From Promethearchaeota archaeon (GTDB lineage Archaea > Asgardarchaeota > Lokiarchaeia > Sigyniarchaeales > SOKP01): a stretch of DNA of 64,000 nt. Position numbers and translations under genes: made by a program. The notes below the pieces were generated by a model, which saw only the letters and a list, made by a program, of their open reading frames with translations, was not told where the DNA came from and did no database searches. The DNA is taken from positions 768,001-832,000 of the forward strand of contig JAHPZA010000006.1 of NCBI GenBank assembly GCA_019058445.1. Reading direction: 5' to 3'. Position 1 is the stretch's first letter, and each line of letters opens with the position of its first letter. Below are positions 41,396-51,592 of this stretch, one piece after another.

Positions 41396-43381
41396 TTATT
41401 TTAATTTTCTCGCAAACGTCTGAGCATCCTTCATTGCTTCTCCGATATCTCGAGGTCTTTTACAATCACCTATAAGTTGAATTTTCGGTGCTGCCCCTTC
41501 AAATTGTTTTTTTAATTTTTTGCCTTGGGTAATTCGGGAACCACAATACACTAGAGTATCAGCTTCAAGAAATTGTTCATTTTTATTTTCATCAAGGAAC
41601 TTGACCCCTCTATCTGTAACATCCAATAATTTCGCTTTAAAATATATTGATATGTTGTTATCTCTTAGATATTCAAGTATCCATAATCGTCTTCCTGTTG
41701 CAATTAACATTTCGGTTGCTACTGTGGTGTTTGATCCCATCAATGCTTTAACATTATATCCTTGCTCTGCTAAAGTTATTGCAGTTTCCGGTCCTCCTCT
41801 CCAATATGCTCCTAGCCCCCATACGACGACATTTTTACCTATTGATTTACTTTTTAATATCGCCTCATCCTGAGTTAACACATTTGATTTGCCTTCTAAA
41901 CTCTTTGGAATCGTTGCCTCAGTACCGGTCGCTAAGACTAATATGTCTGGTTTTAAATCGGAAATTTCTTGTTTTGTTAGCTCTTTATTGAGTTGTATGG
42001 GTACTTCTAATTTCTTTAATTGAGTTGCTAAAAAATTCACAATGTTCATGAATTCTTCTTTTTTATATTCCATTGCTAAAAGAGGGATTAATCCGCCCAC
42101 TTTATCGGACTTCTCAAATATCTCTACATCATGACCGCGTAGTTTGGCTACCCTTGCTGCTTCCATTCCAGCAATTCCTGCTCCTAATATTACAATTTTC
42201 TTTAAATCAGATGACGGGCTAATAGTTGTATAATTTTGACCACTATAAGCATCATAGACGCATGTACTTCCACAGCTTTGTAAACATCCCATACAATATT
42301 TAATGTCATCCAGTTGTCCGTTGAAGTATTTATTAGGTGTCTCCGCGTCGCAAATCAATTGTCGACCCATATAAATGATATCAACTTTACCTCGCTGAAT
42401 AAATTCATCGGCCATTTTTGGATCGACAATCCTACCTACACCAATAACTGGAACATTCACTATCTTTTTTATCTCTTCTGCTAAATGAATATAACCACCA
42501 TGCTCTACATATGTGGGTATTTGGATCCCTTTAGGATTACGAATCATGTTTCCTTGGCTCACATCAATACAATCTACACCAGCATTTTCTATTATTTTTG
42601 CAATTTTTTTTGATTCTTCCAGTTTCAGGCCATCGGGTAATAACTCGTCTACTGATAATCGAACAAAAAGTGGTGGTTCCTCTCCTATACTATTTCTAAT
42701 TTTTTCCATGGTCTCTAATAAAAATGTACATCTTTTTTCTGTTGAGCCTCCGTATTTATCAGTCCTCACATTAGAGTATGGCGCTAAAAAGGCAGAGTGT
42801 AAAGTTGCATGAGCGGAATGGATTTCGATATAATCAAATCCCGCTTGAATTGCTCTTTTTGCGGCTGCCGCAAATAAATCTTCCACTCTAGCTATTTCTT
42901 CAACAGACATTTCTTTACATACCGCTCCTGTTTGTTTTAAAGTATCTGGCCATGATGAAACCATTGTTTCATAAGCTGAGGTTAGATGTAACAAATCTAC
43001 GGTTGACGGACCTCTCGGTTCAATTTTAAAACCGAAAATTGAAGCAAGAACAAAACCTATTAACCCACCATCAGCTAATTGCATCCCAATTTTTGCATCA
43101 TATTTATGTACTGCATCTGTTACCCTTTTATATGCCGGAATATTTGCATTTTTTCCAATATTCGCACTAGTATTTTGCGGACCAAAAGTCTCAGGTTCTA
43201 CGGAAACTGCTTCATATGTAATTAATCCTACTCCTCCACGAGCCTTTGTTTCATGAATATTAAACGTTTTTTCTGTAGGACAACCATTAGCATCTGACGA
43301 CATTGAGAGCATGGGAGGAAAGCCTAATCTGTTTTTAACTTCCATCCCTCTTATAGTAACAGGATCACTTAATTTTGGCAT
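41396..43381 (-). CDS. NADH:flavin oxidoreductase, multi-domain OYE family (FadH/BaiCD/enoate reductase-like), atypical active site
   Basis: KARGGVGLI, GFDYIEIHSAH, NVRTDKYGGS, Cys cluster CMGCLQSCGSTC, second Rossmann domain ILGAGIAGMEAA. Confidence 0.88.
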   Translation of the reverse strand: MPKLSDPVTIRGMEVKNRLGFPPMLSMSSDANGCPTEKTFNIHETKARGGVGLITYEAVSVEPETFGPQNTSANIGKNANIPAYKRVTDAVHKYDAKIGMQLADGGLIGFVLASIFGFKIEPRGPSTVDLLHLTSAYETMVSSWPDTLKQTGAVCKEMSVEEIARVEDLFAAAAKRAIQAGFDYIEIHSAHATLHSAFLAPYSNVRTDKYGGSTEKRCTFLLETMEKIRNSIGEEPPLFVRLSVDELLPDGLKLEESKKIAKIIENAGVDCIDVSQGNMIRNPKGIQIPTYVEHGGYIHLAEEIKKIVNVPVIGVGRIVDPKMADEFIQRGKVDIIYMGRQLICDAETPNKYFNGQLDDIKYCMGCLQSCGSTCVYDAYSGQNYTTISPSSDLKKIVILGAGIAGMEAARVAKLRGHDVEIFEKSDKVGGLIPLLAMEYKKEEFMNIVNFLATQLKKLEVPIQLNKELTKQEISDLKPDILVLATGTEATIPKSLEGKSNVLTQDEAILKSKSIGKNVVVWGLGAYWRGGPETAITLAEQGYNVKALMGSNTTVATEMLIATGRRLWILEYLRDNNISIYFKAKLLDVTDRGVKFLDENKNEQFLEADTLVYCGSRITQGKKLKKQFEGAAPKIQLIGDCKRPRDIGEAMKDAQTFARKLK

Positions 43382-43445
43382 TTTTCCTTTTCACCTCTGG
43401 TTTTTATTTCTCTAATAATAGAAAAAAATAGAAAAAAAGAATTTA

Positions 43446-44672
43446 TTAGGGTAATGCTTGATCTAATAATTCCGTCAGATCAACCATTTTAAGATTTGAG
43501 TTTGAATCCTTAATTGCATCAGATAAGTTCCGATAACAGAAAGGACAGATACTAACTATTATTTCCGCACCTGTTTCCTCAGCCTCCTCAATCCGAGCGT
43601 TTGAGATGGCCAACGCTAATTCAGGAAAACCCTTTTTTACGCCTCCTCCAGCTCCACAGCATTTTGCATTTTGCTTAATAGTTTTCATTTCTACAATATC
43701 TGCCATCTTACTTAGAAGTTCTCTTGGCTCCTCATATAGGGGATTAACTCCCTCTTTCATTCCTGAATTTCTTCCCGTATGGCAAGGATCGTGGTATGTC
43801 GCTTTAAGTCCTAAGTGTTTTAGTTGTATGTTTTTCTCATTTATTATATCTCGGACTAATTCAACTGTATGAAGTACTTCTATACCTAAATCTTCAAGAT
43901 AATCAGTATAGTCAGTTTTAAGGGTTCTATAACAGCCAGCACAACTTGTTAGGATCTTCTTAACACCGCTCTTTTTGAATAATTCATAATTTTTTGTCGC
44001 AACTGCATTAAAACCTGTAATATCTCCAGTTCTCTTCCCAACACTTCCACAACATACTTCTTTGTCTCCAAATACAGAAAAATCAACCCCTAATTTTTTA
44101 AGGACTTTAGCGGTATTTATGGCTACAGTCTGAATCTCCGGAGTTAACGCAGCAGTACACCCTACAAAATAAAGATACTCTGCTGTCTCAGAACTCGCAT
44201 CTTTCACCTTAAAATCGAGTTTATCTATCCATGTCCCTTTTTCTTTATTATCTCGCTGGTAAGGATTTAATAATTCAACCATTGCTTTATTCATTGGTAC
44301 ATGCGCTTCCAAACCACATCCCGCATCTACTAATTCAGCCCTCAAAGCTTCATAAATAGCGGCGTTATCCATATCATAGGCGCAAGTTTGAGCACATGCA
44401 TTACATGTTGGACATTGATAAATCACTTCAGCCATGTCCTTACTCAGTTCTAACTTTCCCTGCCAAAGAGAACGAATAATTTGCATTTTTCCTCTTCCGA
44501 AGAAAGGTTCAAAACCAGGAGTATTTTCTCTTGCTACACATACTCCCCACTTCGGAGGATCATCTGTGTAATCTGTGGCTTCTCTACAATCTCCGCAACC
44601 GATACATTGCAGGATTATGTCTCCCATTTTGGCAAAATGCTTAAATTTTTCTTTTGGTTCAAATTCGGTTAT
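43446..44672 (-). CDS. Fe-S oxidoreductase with ferredoxin and CCG domains (GlcF/HdrD-like)
   Basis: CIGCGDC, CPTCNACAQTC, YFVGC, VCCG, YHDPCH, KCCGAGGG, CPFC. Start uncertain: ATA at 44672 behind SD AGGTGAT, or ATG at 44627. Confidence 0.88.
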   Translation of the reverse strand: MTEFEPKEKFKHFAKMGDIILQCIGCGDCREATDYTDDPPKWGVCVARENTPGFEPFFGRGKMQIIRSLWQGKLELSKDMAEVIYQCPTCNACAQTCAYDMDNAAIYEALRAELVDAGCGLEAHVPMNKAMVELLNPYQRDNKEKGTWIDKLDFKVKDASSETAEYLYFVGCTAALTPEIQTVAINTAKVLKKLGVDFSVFGDKEVCCGSVGKRTGDITGFNAVATKNYELFKKSGVKKILTSCAGCYRTLKTDYTDYLEDLGIEVLHTVELVRDIINEKNIQLKHLGLKATYHDPCHTGRNSGMKEGVNPLYEEPRELLSKMADIVEMKTIKQNAKCCGAGGGVKKGFPELALAISNARIEEAEETGAEIIVSICPFCYRNLSDAIKDSNSNLKMVDLTELLDQALP

Positions 44673-44754
44673 TTTTTATCACCTATATTTCTTCTTCGTT
44701 ATTATAATTTAAAATATCCTCTTCATTATTTTAATTTTTAAAAAAAACTAATTC

Positions 44755-46290
44755 TTATTCCTCGTCTTTTACTAAATGTTTTGTATAATCATAATCATAG
44801 CTATACAAATGAAATTTATTGGGACTAAGCAAGAAATCAGGATCTACAGTTTTTTTAATATCCTTAAAGAACTGCACAAATTCAGGAGTATAGGCATCAG
44901 CTTCTAAAATTGATTGTGAAATTGCTTCTCCCAACCAATAATGAATCCCTCCATATCTTACTTGCGCCCTTAATTTTTTATGCCATAATTTCATTGAAAT
45001 ATCCCGTACATCATCTACATTATCCGCGTTAAAGCCCCCTACAAGTACACAATTTCCATTAGGTAAAAAATATATAATCGTAGACCAAAATGACATAGCT
45101 CCAGGTGGAAATTCATCGCGGTGTTTGCTATCAAATTCTTGCGCTTTTTTCGATATTGTTGGCAACTTAGAGATTGGAATTTTATGACACGTTGTACAGC
45201 TTACTTTTGGAGGGGCGACAGAGATATACTTTTGAAAGTAATTAAACGTTTGCTTTAAATCCCAGCTCCATTCTTTTTTAGTTTCCATGCTGGGATCGAC
45301 TTCACTCCATTCAAAAGGTCGTGCAAGTTCCTCCTTTAACATAATATCATTAACTATTTCTGTGTATACATCAAGAATTCTTAGATCAGATGCTTCTAAT
45401 AATACTTGCATGGCTGGGCCTCTTAATCTCGGGCGCTTAGCAGGTTTCACTTCAACGTTACCTGCTAATAGCTGAATTACCATAAGCGGTAATCCGGATA
45501 AATCGCGTAAACCATCGCCAACTTTATTACGTATTTTATGTGCATATTCAAATACTTTTTGATAATTATTTTTCTTAAAGATATAACTTAGTTGCCTTTT
45601 ATGGGGAGGATCTGGAAATAATCTAAGATAGGCTTTGGTTTTAATACCTAAGGTTCCTACATCTCCCATGAACAAACCGGTAAAATCCGGCGCAACACCA
45701 TATCTGCAAAAAGGAGCTGCGTATTTATTTGCCGCTGCCCCAGTTCTAATTATAGTACCTTGCGGATTAGGGAGGACGACCTCAACGCCTAAACATATAT
45801 CAGGCACTAGTCCATATTTAGTAGAGCCCCCGCCTGCGGTACTATTGGATAAACCTCCTCCGATCGTGGCAGCATATCCACTCCCTGGACCGATAACACC
45901 AGTAGTGTATCCGCTTGGATGTAATTCTGAAAGTAATTTTCCCCATGTTACTCCACATTCCACAACACAATAATAGTCATCATAGTTAATTTCTATAATT
46001 TTATCCATTCTCGTAAGGTCTAATAAAATTCCTCCTTCTGTCACTGAACCACCAACTAAATCCGCACCGCCCCCTCGGGGCACCATGTGGATTTTATACT
46101 TATTTGCAAGCTTCACAATTTCAGACACCTCTTCCGGGGTTTCAGGACGGACAATTATATCTGCCCATCGGTCTGGAAATGAGGGATCAACGTTTCGAGA
46201 ATAGGCGGCTTTCATGAAATCCTTATCAGTAATATAGTCCGCTCCTACTACTTTTTCAATTTCATGATATATATCTTTTATTTTTGACAG
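44755..46290 (-). CDS. FAD-binding oxidoreductase (VAO/GlcD-like), paralogue 3
   Basis: Same motifs as the paralogues; directly upstream of the CCG Fe-S gene. Proposed start CTG at 46290 (ORF track uses GTG at 46299). Confidence 0.88.
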   Translation of the reverse strand: MSKIKDIYHEIEKVVGADYITDKDFMKAAYSRNVDPSFPDRWADIIVRPETPEEVSEIVKLANKYKIHMVPRGGGADLVGGSVTEGGILLDLTRMDKIIEINYDDYYCVVECGVTWGKLLSELHPSGYTTGVIGPGSGYAATIGGGLSNSTAGGGSTKYGLVPDICLGVEVVLPNPQGTIIRTGAAANKYAAPFCRYGVAPDFTGLFMGDVGTLGIKTKAYLRLFPDPPHKRQLSYIFKKNNYQKVFEYAHKIRNKVGDGLRDLSGLPLMVIQLLAGNVEVKPAKRPRLRGPAMQVLLEASDLRILDVYTEIVNDIMLKEELARPFEWSEVDPSMETKKEWSWDLKQTFNYFQKYISVAPPKVSCTTCHKIPISKLPTISKKAQEFDSKHRDEFPPGAMSFWSTIIYFLPNGNCVLVGGFNADNVDDVRDISMKLWHKKLRAQVRYGGIHYWLGEAISQSILEADAYTPEFVQFFKDIKKTVDPDFLLSPNKFHLYSYDYDYTKHLVKDEE

Positions 46291-46359
46291 TCTATTCACC
46301 TTTTTTTTAATTTTGCTCTTATATTATTTAAATTTTATTGAGTATAATCTTAAATTTTA

Positions 46360-48204
46360 TTATTCAAATACCTCTAATTTATTACTTCCTTTTTTTAATT
46401 TAATTAAATTTTTTATCTGAGCATCCCACGTATTATTTTTTACTTTATCCCATTCCTGTTTTAACCTAAATTTTTGAATCATGCAATTATTCGATCGAGG
46501 TAATTCTGTTTTAAATTCAATATATCTGGGAACTATATGAGATGCCATATTTCGGATTAAATAATTATATAAATCCTCATAAGAGAGTTTGCTTCCTTTC
46601 TTTAATACAACACAAAGTTTGATTTCTTCATCAAATCTTTCTTCACTTGGTACTCCGATAACTGCGGATTCGACTATATCTGGATAAGCATTTACAATAT
46701 TCTCAATCCGATTTGCAAATACAATTTCTCCATGTTTATTGATAAGATTATTTTTATTTCCAACAAAATAAACAAAGCCTTCAGTATCTCTGTAGGCATA
46801 ATCGCCCGTATGAATCCACCTATTTCTCCCCTCTTTCGTTAAAGTTTCTACCGATAATTTATAATAATCCCAAGAAATTGGCAATCTACATCTTGATATT
46901 ATTTCTCCTACATTATTTGGTCCGGGTGGTAATGTATTCCCATGTGGGTCGACAATTTTTAGCTCATATCCACTTAATGATTTTCCTATTGAACCAAGCT
47001 TTCCCCCTTTAGATCCTAATTTATTAATAGTTATTCCAATAGCCTCTACAAGTGTCCATAATTCATAGATTGGAATGTTAAATCTCCCCTCGAATTTCTC
47101 CCATATATCTTTAGTTGCTCCGGAACCAAAAGCCCATTTGATTGAATGAGTTCTATAATCATCTCTAGGTGGTTGGTTTAATAAATCAGAAAGATACATT
47201 CCGAAATATAACAAACCAGTGGGATGATATTTTGCAATATCATCCCAGAAGGTTGAAGGTTTAAATTTCTCAGTAATTAAGACTGATGCATTATAAAAGA
47301 TTGCGGGTAAAATACCCCAATACTGTGCAGAACCTAGATATAAAGGGAAGGGGCAATAAATTAAATGAGCTTGATTAAGTCCTGCTATATCTACCAATTC
47401 TTTTCCAATATTAATCCCCGTAAGAACGAAATTGTTTCTATATGTTACTCCTTTCGGTTTTCCAGTATTTCCAGAGGTGTAGTTTATTTGCATAGTATGC
47501 CAGTGTTTCACAATCACTTTTGGATTTTTCTCATTCGAAGTATAGATATCTTTATAATCAACAAAATTTTCATTAAACTCAAACCCTTCAGGAGCATTTC
47601 TAATGATAATAGCTTTAACTTCCGGTAAATTTCCGCTGATTTCTCTAAATTTTACATAATATTCGTAGTCCAATATTAAAATTTCAGTATCACTATTTGA
47701 CAAGATATATTCCAACATCTCACCCCTGTAAGATGTGTTCACTCCAACGAAGACACTGCCAGTTTTAATGATTCCGAACCAGCAAAATATATAATCGGGG
47801 CAATTTGGAAGCATAACAGAAATATTTGGCCGCCTTAATTTTTTCTTTTTAATTATATTCTGAAGACCATTTGCGATTTTATTTGAATTTATATGAATAT
47901 CTTGATATGAATAAATCTCGTCTTTAAAAAAGAGAAATGGTTTATTTTTATTTTCAGCCGCCTTGCTCTGGAGAAGCTTCGGAATAGTAGCGTTTTCTAC
48001 TCCATATCGGTCAATAACATCGTATAATTCATCACGTCTACTTATTACTAATGTATCATCGATAATTTCAATATTAACATCTTCTTTATTTGAAAACGGA
48101 AAAGAACTATCTTTAGCTATTTTGCTTGGAATATAAACCCAGATGCTTTCATAGCCGCCGCCCCCAGATTTTTTCCTAGTAATTTTTCCCTTTGCTCTTC
48201 TCAT
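46360..48204 (-). CDS. Fusion: N-terminal AbrB/SpoVT/MazE-like swapped-hairpin domain + CaiC-like AMP-binding domain with degenerate motifs
   Basis: N-terminus GKITRKKSGGGGYESIWVYIPSKIAKDSSFPFSNKEDVNIEIIDDTLVISR; ligase core YTSGNTGKPKG and HTGDY. Confidence 0.75.
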   Translation of the reverse strand: MRRAKGKITRKKSGGGGYESIWVYIPSKIAKDSSFPFSNKEDVNIEIIDDTLVISRRDELYDVIDRYGVENATIPKLLQSKAAENKNKPFLFFKDEIYSYQDIHINSNKIANGLQNIIKKKKLRRPNISVMLPNCPDYIFCWFGIIKTGSVFVGVNTSYRGEMLEYILSNSDTEILILDYEYYVKFREISGNLPEVKAIIIRNAPEGFEFNENFVDYKDIYTSNEKNPKVIVKHWHTMQINYTSGNTGKPKGVTYRNNFVLTGINIGKELVDIAGLNQAHLIYCPFPLYLGSAQYWGILPAIFYNASVLITEKFKPSTFWDDIAKYHPTGLLYFGMYLSDLLNQPPRDDYRTHSIKWAFGSGATKDIWEKFEGRFNIPIYELWTLVEAIGITINKLGSKGGKLGSIGKSLSGYELKIVDPHGNTLPPGPNNVGEIISRCRLPISWDYYKLSVETLTKEGRNRWIHTGDYAYRDTEGFVYFVGNKNNLINKHGEIVFANRIENIVNAYPDIVESAVIGVPSEERFDEEIKLCVVLKKGSKLSYEDLYNYLIRNMASHIVPRYIEFKTELPRSNNCMIQKFRLKQEWDKVKNNTWDAQIKNLIKLKKGSNKLEVFE

Positions 48205-48222
48205 TTTCTATCGAAACTCCAT

Positions 48223-48309
48223 TTTACGACCGTAAATTTGGGTAGTAAAATCAAAACATTTTTGTTAGTGCTTTTGTGTTTTTTTTCATTTATAAAGCTT
48301 TTTGTGTTT
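48223..48309 (-). promoter_or_regulatory. Putative promoter/operator region of the AbrB-ligase gene
   Basis: TTTATAAA box at 48289-48296 with a purine-rich BRE-like side on the minus strand. Flanked by direct repeats GCTTTT(T)GTGTTT (48270, 48297). Palindrome TTTACG-AC-CGTAAA at 48223-48236. Confidence 0.5.
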
Positions 48310-48447
48310 GATGAGGTAAAAATATTTGAATGGTGTTATAAATAGCAAATTGTCGAGATTAAGGGGAGGAATATTATTTTTTGTTATTCACATAAACCAT
48401 TTAAATAATTTAGTAAATTAAAAAGAATTATATTTTGGAGATGTAAA

Positions 48448-49698
48448 TTAAACTTTTTCTAGAATATGGACGCAAAGTGCAGCTTCTCCAAAACCAATAT
48501 TTCCGCCTCCATTCTCAGCAAGAGCTAATCTTGGATTTTTAACTTGTCTTTCACCTGCTTCACCTCGCAATTGAACTACTAATTCATATAATTGTGCCAG
48601 TCCTGAAGCGCCTATTGGATGGCCTCTGGAGAGTAAACCTCCACTTGGGTTGACTGGGATATTTCCATCAAGCGCAGTAGCTCCACTCTCCGTAAATGGA
48701 CCACCTTGCCCTATAGGACAAAATCCCATCTGTTCTATTTGGTGAATCTCCCCAAAGGCAGTTGCATCATGTACTTCAGCAACATCTATATCTTGAGGAC
48801 TAAGTCCAGCCATTTCATAAACGGCCTTAGAAGCTCGATGAGGAACATCATCCGTTCTCCATGAGCCTGATCTTAAAACAGATGCTCGAATTAAAACAGC
48901 TCTATCTGTCGGATGTTCCTTTAAAAACTTTTCAGAGCATAAAATTGCAGCAGCAGCACCATCCCCAACAGGTGCACACATCGATCTTGTGAGAGGGTAA
49001 GCGACTTCATAATCCTCCATAGCCTCCTCTACAGTTAATGGAAAAGTGTACTGAGCTAATGGATTTAAGGTTGAATTATTATGATTTTTTGCAGCCACGA
49101 AAGCAAGATGCCGTTTAGTGGTTCCGTATTTCTTCATGTGATTTCGAGCTGCCATAGCATAGAGATCCATGAACGCCGAATGTCCCCCCTTTTTACCCTT
49201 GGTTTGTTCAGAACTTCCTTCCTTAGCTTTCTGTGCTTTCTGCTTCTCAGCCATTTTTTTCAGTTGTTCTATTAGACTTCGTGTTCTTTCCACATCGGTG
49301 TAGGTGATAAAGCCGCTCATCATTTTTTTCCTATCCTCTTGGTAAATTTTTTCTGCACCAATCGCTAATACACAATCATAAAGCCCTGATTTGATTTGCA
49401 TCCATGCTCCATGAAAAGCAGTACTTCCGCTGGCGCAAGCATTCTCTACATTAATTATGGGTATCTTATCAATCTTATTGGCAGAAAGAGCCACTTGTCC
49501 TCGAATGCTATGTTGAAATTCATACATACCCCAAGCAGAATTGGAAAACCACGCTGCTTCTAACTCATCAAAACCTACCTCACCATTATCATTTTTGAGG
49601 GACTTAAGAGCTTCCCCCGTTAACTTTTTTATACTTTTATCAAGAAATTTACCGAATTTGGTCATTCCAACGCTATATACATATACTTTGTCACTCAT
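48448..49698 (-). CDS. SCP2-type thiolase family protein
   Basis: NVENACASGSTA, AEVHDAT, NPSGGLLSRGHPIGASG, ENGGG. Confidence 0.9.
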   Translation of the reverse strand: MSDKVYVYSVGMTKFGKFLDKSIKKLTGEALKSLKNDNGEVGFDELEAAWFSNSAWGMYEFQHSIRGQVALSANKIDKIPIINVENACASGSTAFHGAWMQIKSGLYDCVLAIGAEKIYQEDRKKMMSGFITYTDVERTRSLIEQLKKMAEKQKAQKAKEGSSEQTKGKKGGHSAFMDLYAMAARNHMKKYGTTKRHLAFVAAKNHNNSTLNPLAQYTFPLTVEEAMEDYEVAYPLTRSMCAPVGDGAAAAILCSEKFLKEHPTDRAVLIRASVLRSGSWRTDDVPHRASKAVYEMAGLSPQDIDVAEVHDATAFGEIHQIEQMGFCPIGQGGPFTESGATALDGNIPVNPSGGLLSRGHPIGASGLAQLYELVVQLRGEAGERQVKNPRLALAENGGGNIGFGEAALCVHILEKV

Positions 49699-49792
49699 GT
49701 TTTTCCTCTTTTTCGATTTACCAATAAAAAGTAATTAGTATAAAATAAATTTATAATTTTAGGTTTTAAAAATTAAAAGAATATTACACAAG

Positions 49793-51469
49793 TTAATCTC
49801 TTTTCACAACGTAGCCTGCTTTCTCCCTGTCAAATGTTGTTTCTGTCACACCGCGTTCTTTAAGAATTTGTTTCAATGTTCTATGAACCTCGCTCTTAGG
49901 GAGTTCATCAACAAAATCAATATACTTTGGTATCATAAAGTAGGCCATTTTACCTTGACAATAATCAAGCAGTTTTTCTGGTGTCAAGTTTTCACCAGGT
50001 TTTAATGCCACTGAAACCATTACTTCATCTTCAGCGTATTCGGAGGACTTAACGGCAAAAGCGGCTGATTCTAAAACTTTTTCATGCTGATTAATGACCC
50101 GTTCAATGCTCCAAGGTGATATATTCTCACCCCTCCTTCTAATAGCATCCTTTTTCCGATCAATAAAATAGAACCAACCTTCTTTATCTTTTGAGGCTAA
50201 ATCGTCAGTATGAAACCATAGTTGTCCGTCTTTTCCTTCTCGGATCTTTTTATTAGTGGATTCTTTGTCCTTATAGTAAGTAACTTTTCTCTGATCAAGT
50301 TCTTTTTTATCAACTAGAAACACTAATTCTCCAACCTCATCCGGTTCTAAAAGATTACCCGCCTCATCCATAATATCCGCAAAGGTACCGGGAAGAGGTT
50401 TTCCCATAGTTCCGGCGGGAACAGGTCCTTTCTCAAAGAAAGGTCCAAGTAAATATCCTCCTCCATCAACTGCACCGTAAAATTCTTTAACCGACACATT
50501 ATACCTTTTTTCAAACGGTTCTATCATCTCTTTGGGGCAAGCAGCAGAAATGACTATGCGAACATTATTATCTCCATCATTGGGACATTCAGGCTGCTTT
50601 AATAGAAATTGTGGCATTGCTCCAAGGGTATTAAATAATGTAATGTTAAATTTTCTACAAATATCCCAATGACGACTTGCGCTGAATCTCTTTGAAAGTA
50701 CCACACGGTATTCCGATACAAACCCCGGAAGGGTTGTTATTTGAAGTGCATTCCCGTGAAATAAGGGCAAACAAGTAAAATACACGTCTTTTTTAGTGAC
50801 TCCTACAACCATAGGGAGAGCGGTAAAGATTTGAAGAGCTTGTCCGGCTATAAATTTCCGATAGAAAAATGTGGTTGCTTTAGGAGGTCCTGTTGTACCT
50901 GATGTATACATAAGCATCGCCTTTTCTTCAAAATCAATCTCCTCTTCAATATCGTTATCCGGTGCTTGTAGTAATTCCTTGAATGGTTTCATTCCCTCAG
51001 GAATCTTGAAATCTCCAGGTGCCTCATTATCATCAACTATGACATGCCTGATTTTCGGCAATTGATCTTTGATGCTCAGATAGCTTTCTAACATACTCCA
51101 GTGTAGTATTAAGACCTCACTGTCACTGTGATCAATAATATATTGTAAAGTTGCACCTTTAAGGGCTGTATTTATTAGTACAACATATGCTCCAAGTTTG
51201 AATGTTGCAAACACGGTGTATAAAAATTCAGGACAATTAATTTCCATTAAAGAAATCCCGACACCCTTGCCCACTCCTAACTCAGCTAATCCATTTGCAA
51301 CGCGATTAGATTGTAAGTGCACATCAAGATAAGTGTAGTCTTCATCGATGCCCTTGTCAAAATCTCTTATATACGTTAAAAATACCCTATCGCCTATAGT
51401 TTCTGCTTTATTTTTCATGACATCGTTAAATGTGGTTGTAGCGGTAATTCTAAATCTTTTTGCTGGCAT
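49793..51469 (-). CDS. AMP-forming acyl-CoA ligase (CaiC-like)
   Basis: YTSGTTGPPKA, EFYGAVD, FHTDDL (variant), FIDRKKDAIRRRGENI. Confidence 0.9.
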   Translation of the reverse strand: MPAKRFRITATTTFNDVMKNKAETIGDRVFLTYIRDFDKGIDEDYTYLDVHLQSNRVANGLAELGVGKGVGISLMEINCPEFLYTVFATFKLGAYVVLINTALKGATLQYIIDHSDSEVLILHWSMLESYLSIKDQLPKIRHVIVDDNEAPGDFKIPEGMKPFKELLQAPDNDIEEEIDFEEKAMLMYTSGTTGPPKATTFFYRKFIAGQALQIFTALPMVVGVTKKDVYFTCLPLFHGNALQITTLPGFVSEYRVVLSKRFSASRHWDICRKFNITLFNTLGAMPQFLLKQPECPNDGDNNVRIVISAACPKEMIEPFEKRYNVSVKEFYGAVDGGGYLLGPFFEKGPVPAGTMGKPLPGTFADIMDEAGNLLEPDEVGELVFLVDKKELDQRKVTYYKDKESTNKKIREGKDGQLWFHTDDLASKDKEGWFYFIDRKKDAIRRRGENISPWSIERVINQHEKVLESAAFAVKSSEYAEDEVMVSVALKPGENLTPEKLLDYCQGKMAYFMIPKYIDFVDELPKSEVHRTLKQILKERGVTETTFDREKAGYVVKRD

Positions 51470-51592
51470 TCTATATCCCTTTTTTATAATTTTTTTATTA
51501 GCTTTTTTTTCAAAAATTTTTTAATTTAATATATTATTTTGAATTTCTTTTAAAAAAAAGAAAGTTTTGTTGTAAAATTTGATTTAAGAAAG

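Noticed and set aside
37832-51469. Assigning caiC, glcD/glcF, fadH or bai gene symbols
   Set aside because: Only family-level similarity is visible; diagnostic residues and partner genes differ.
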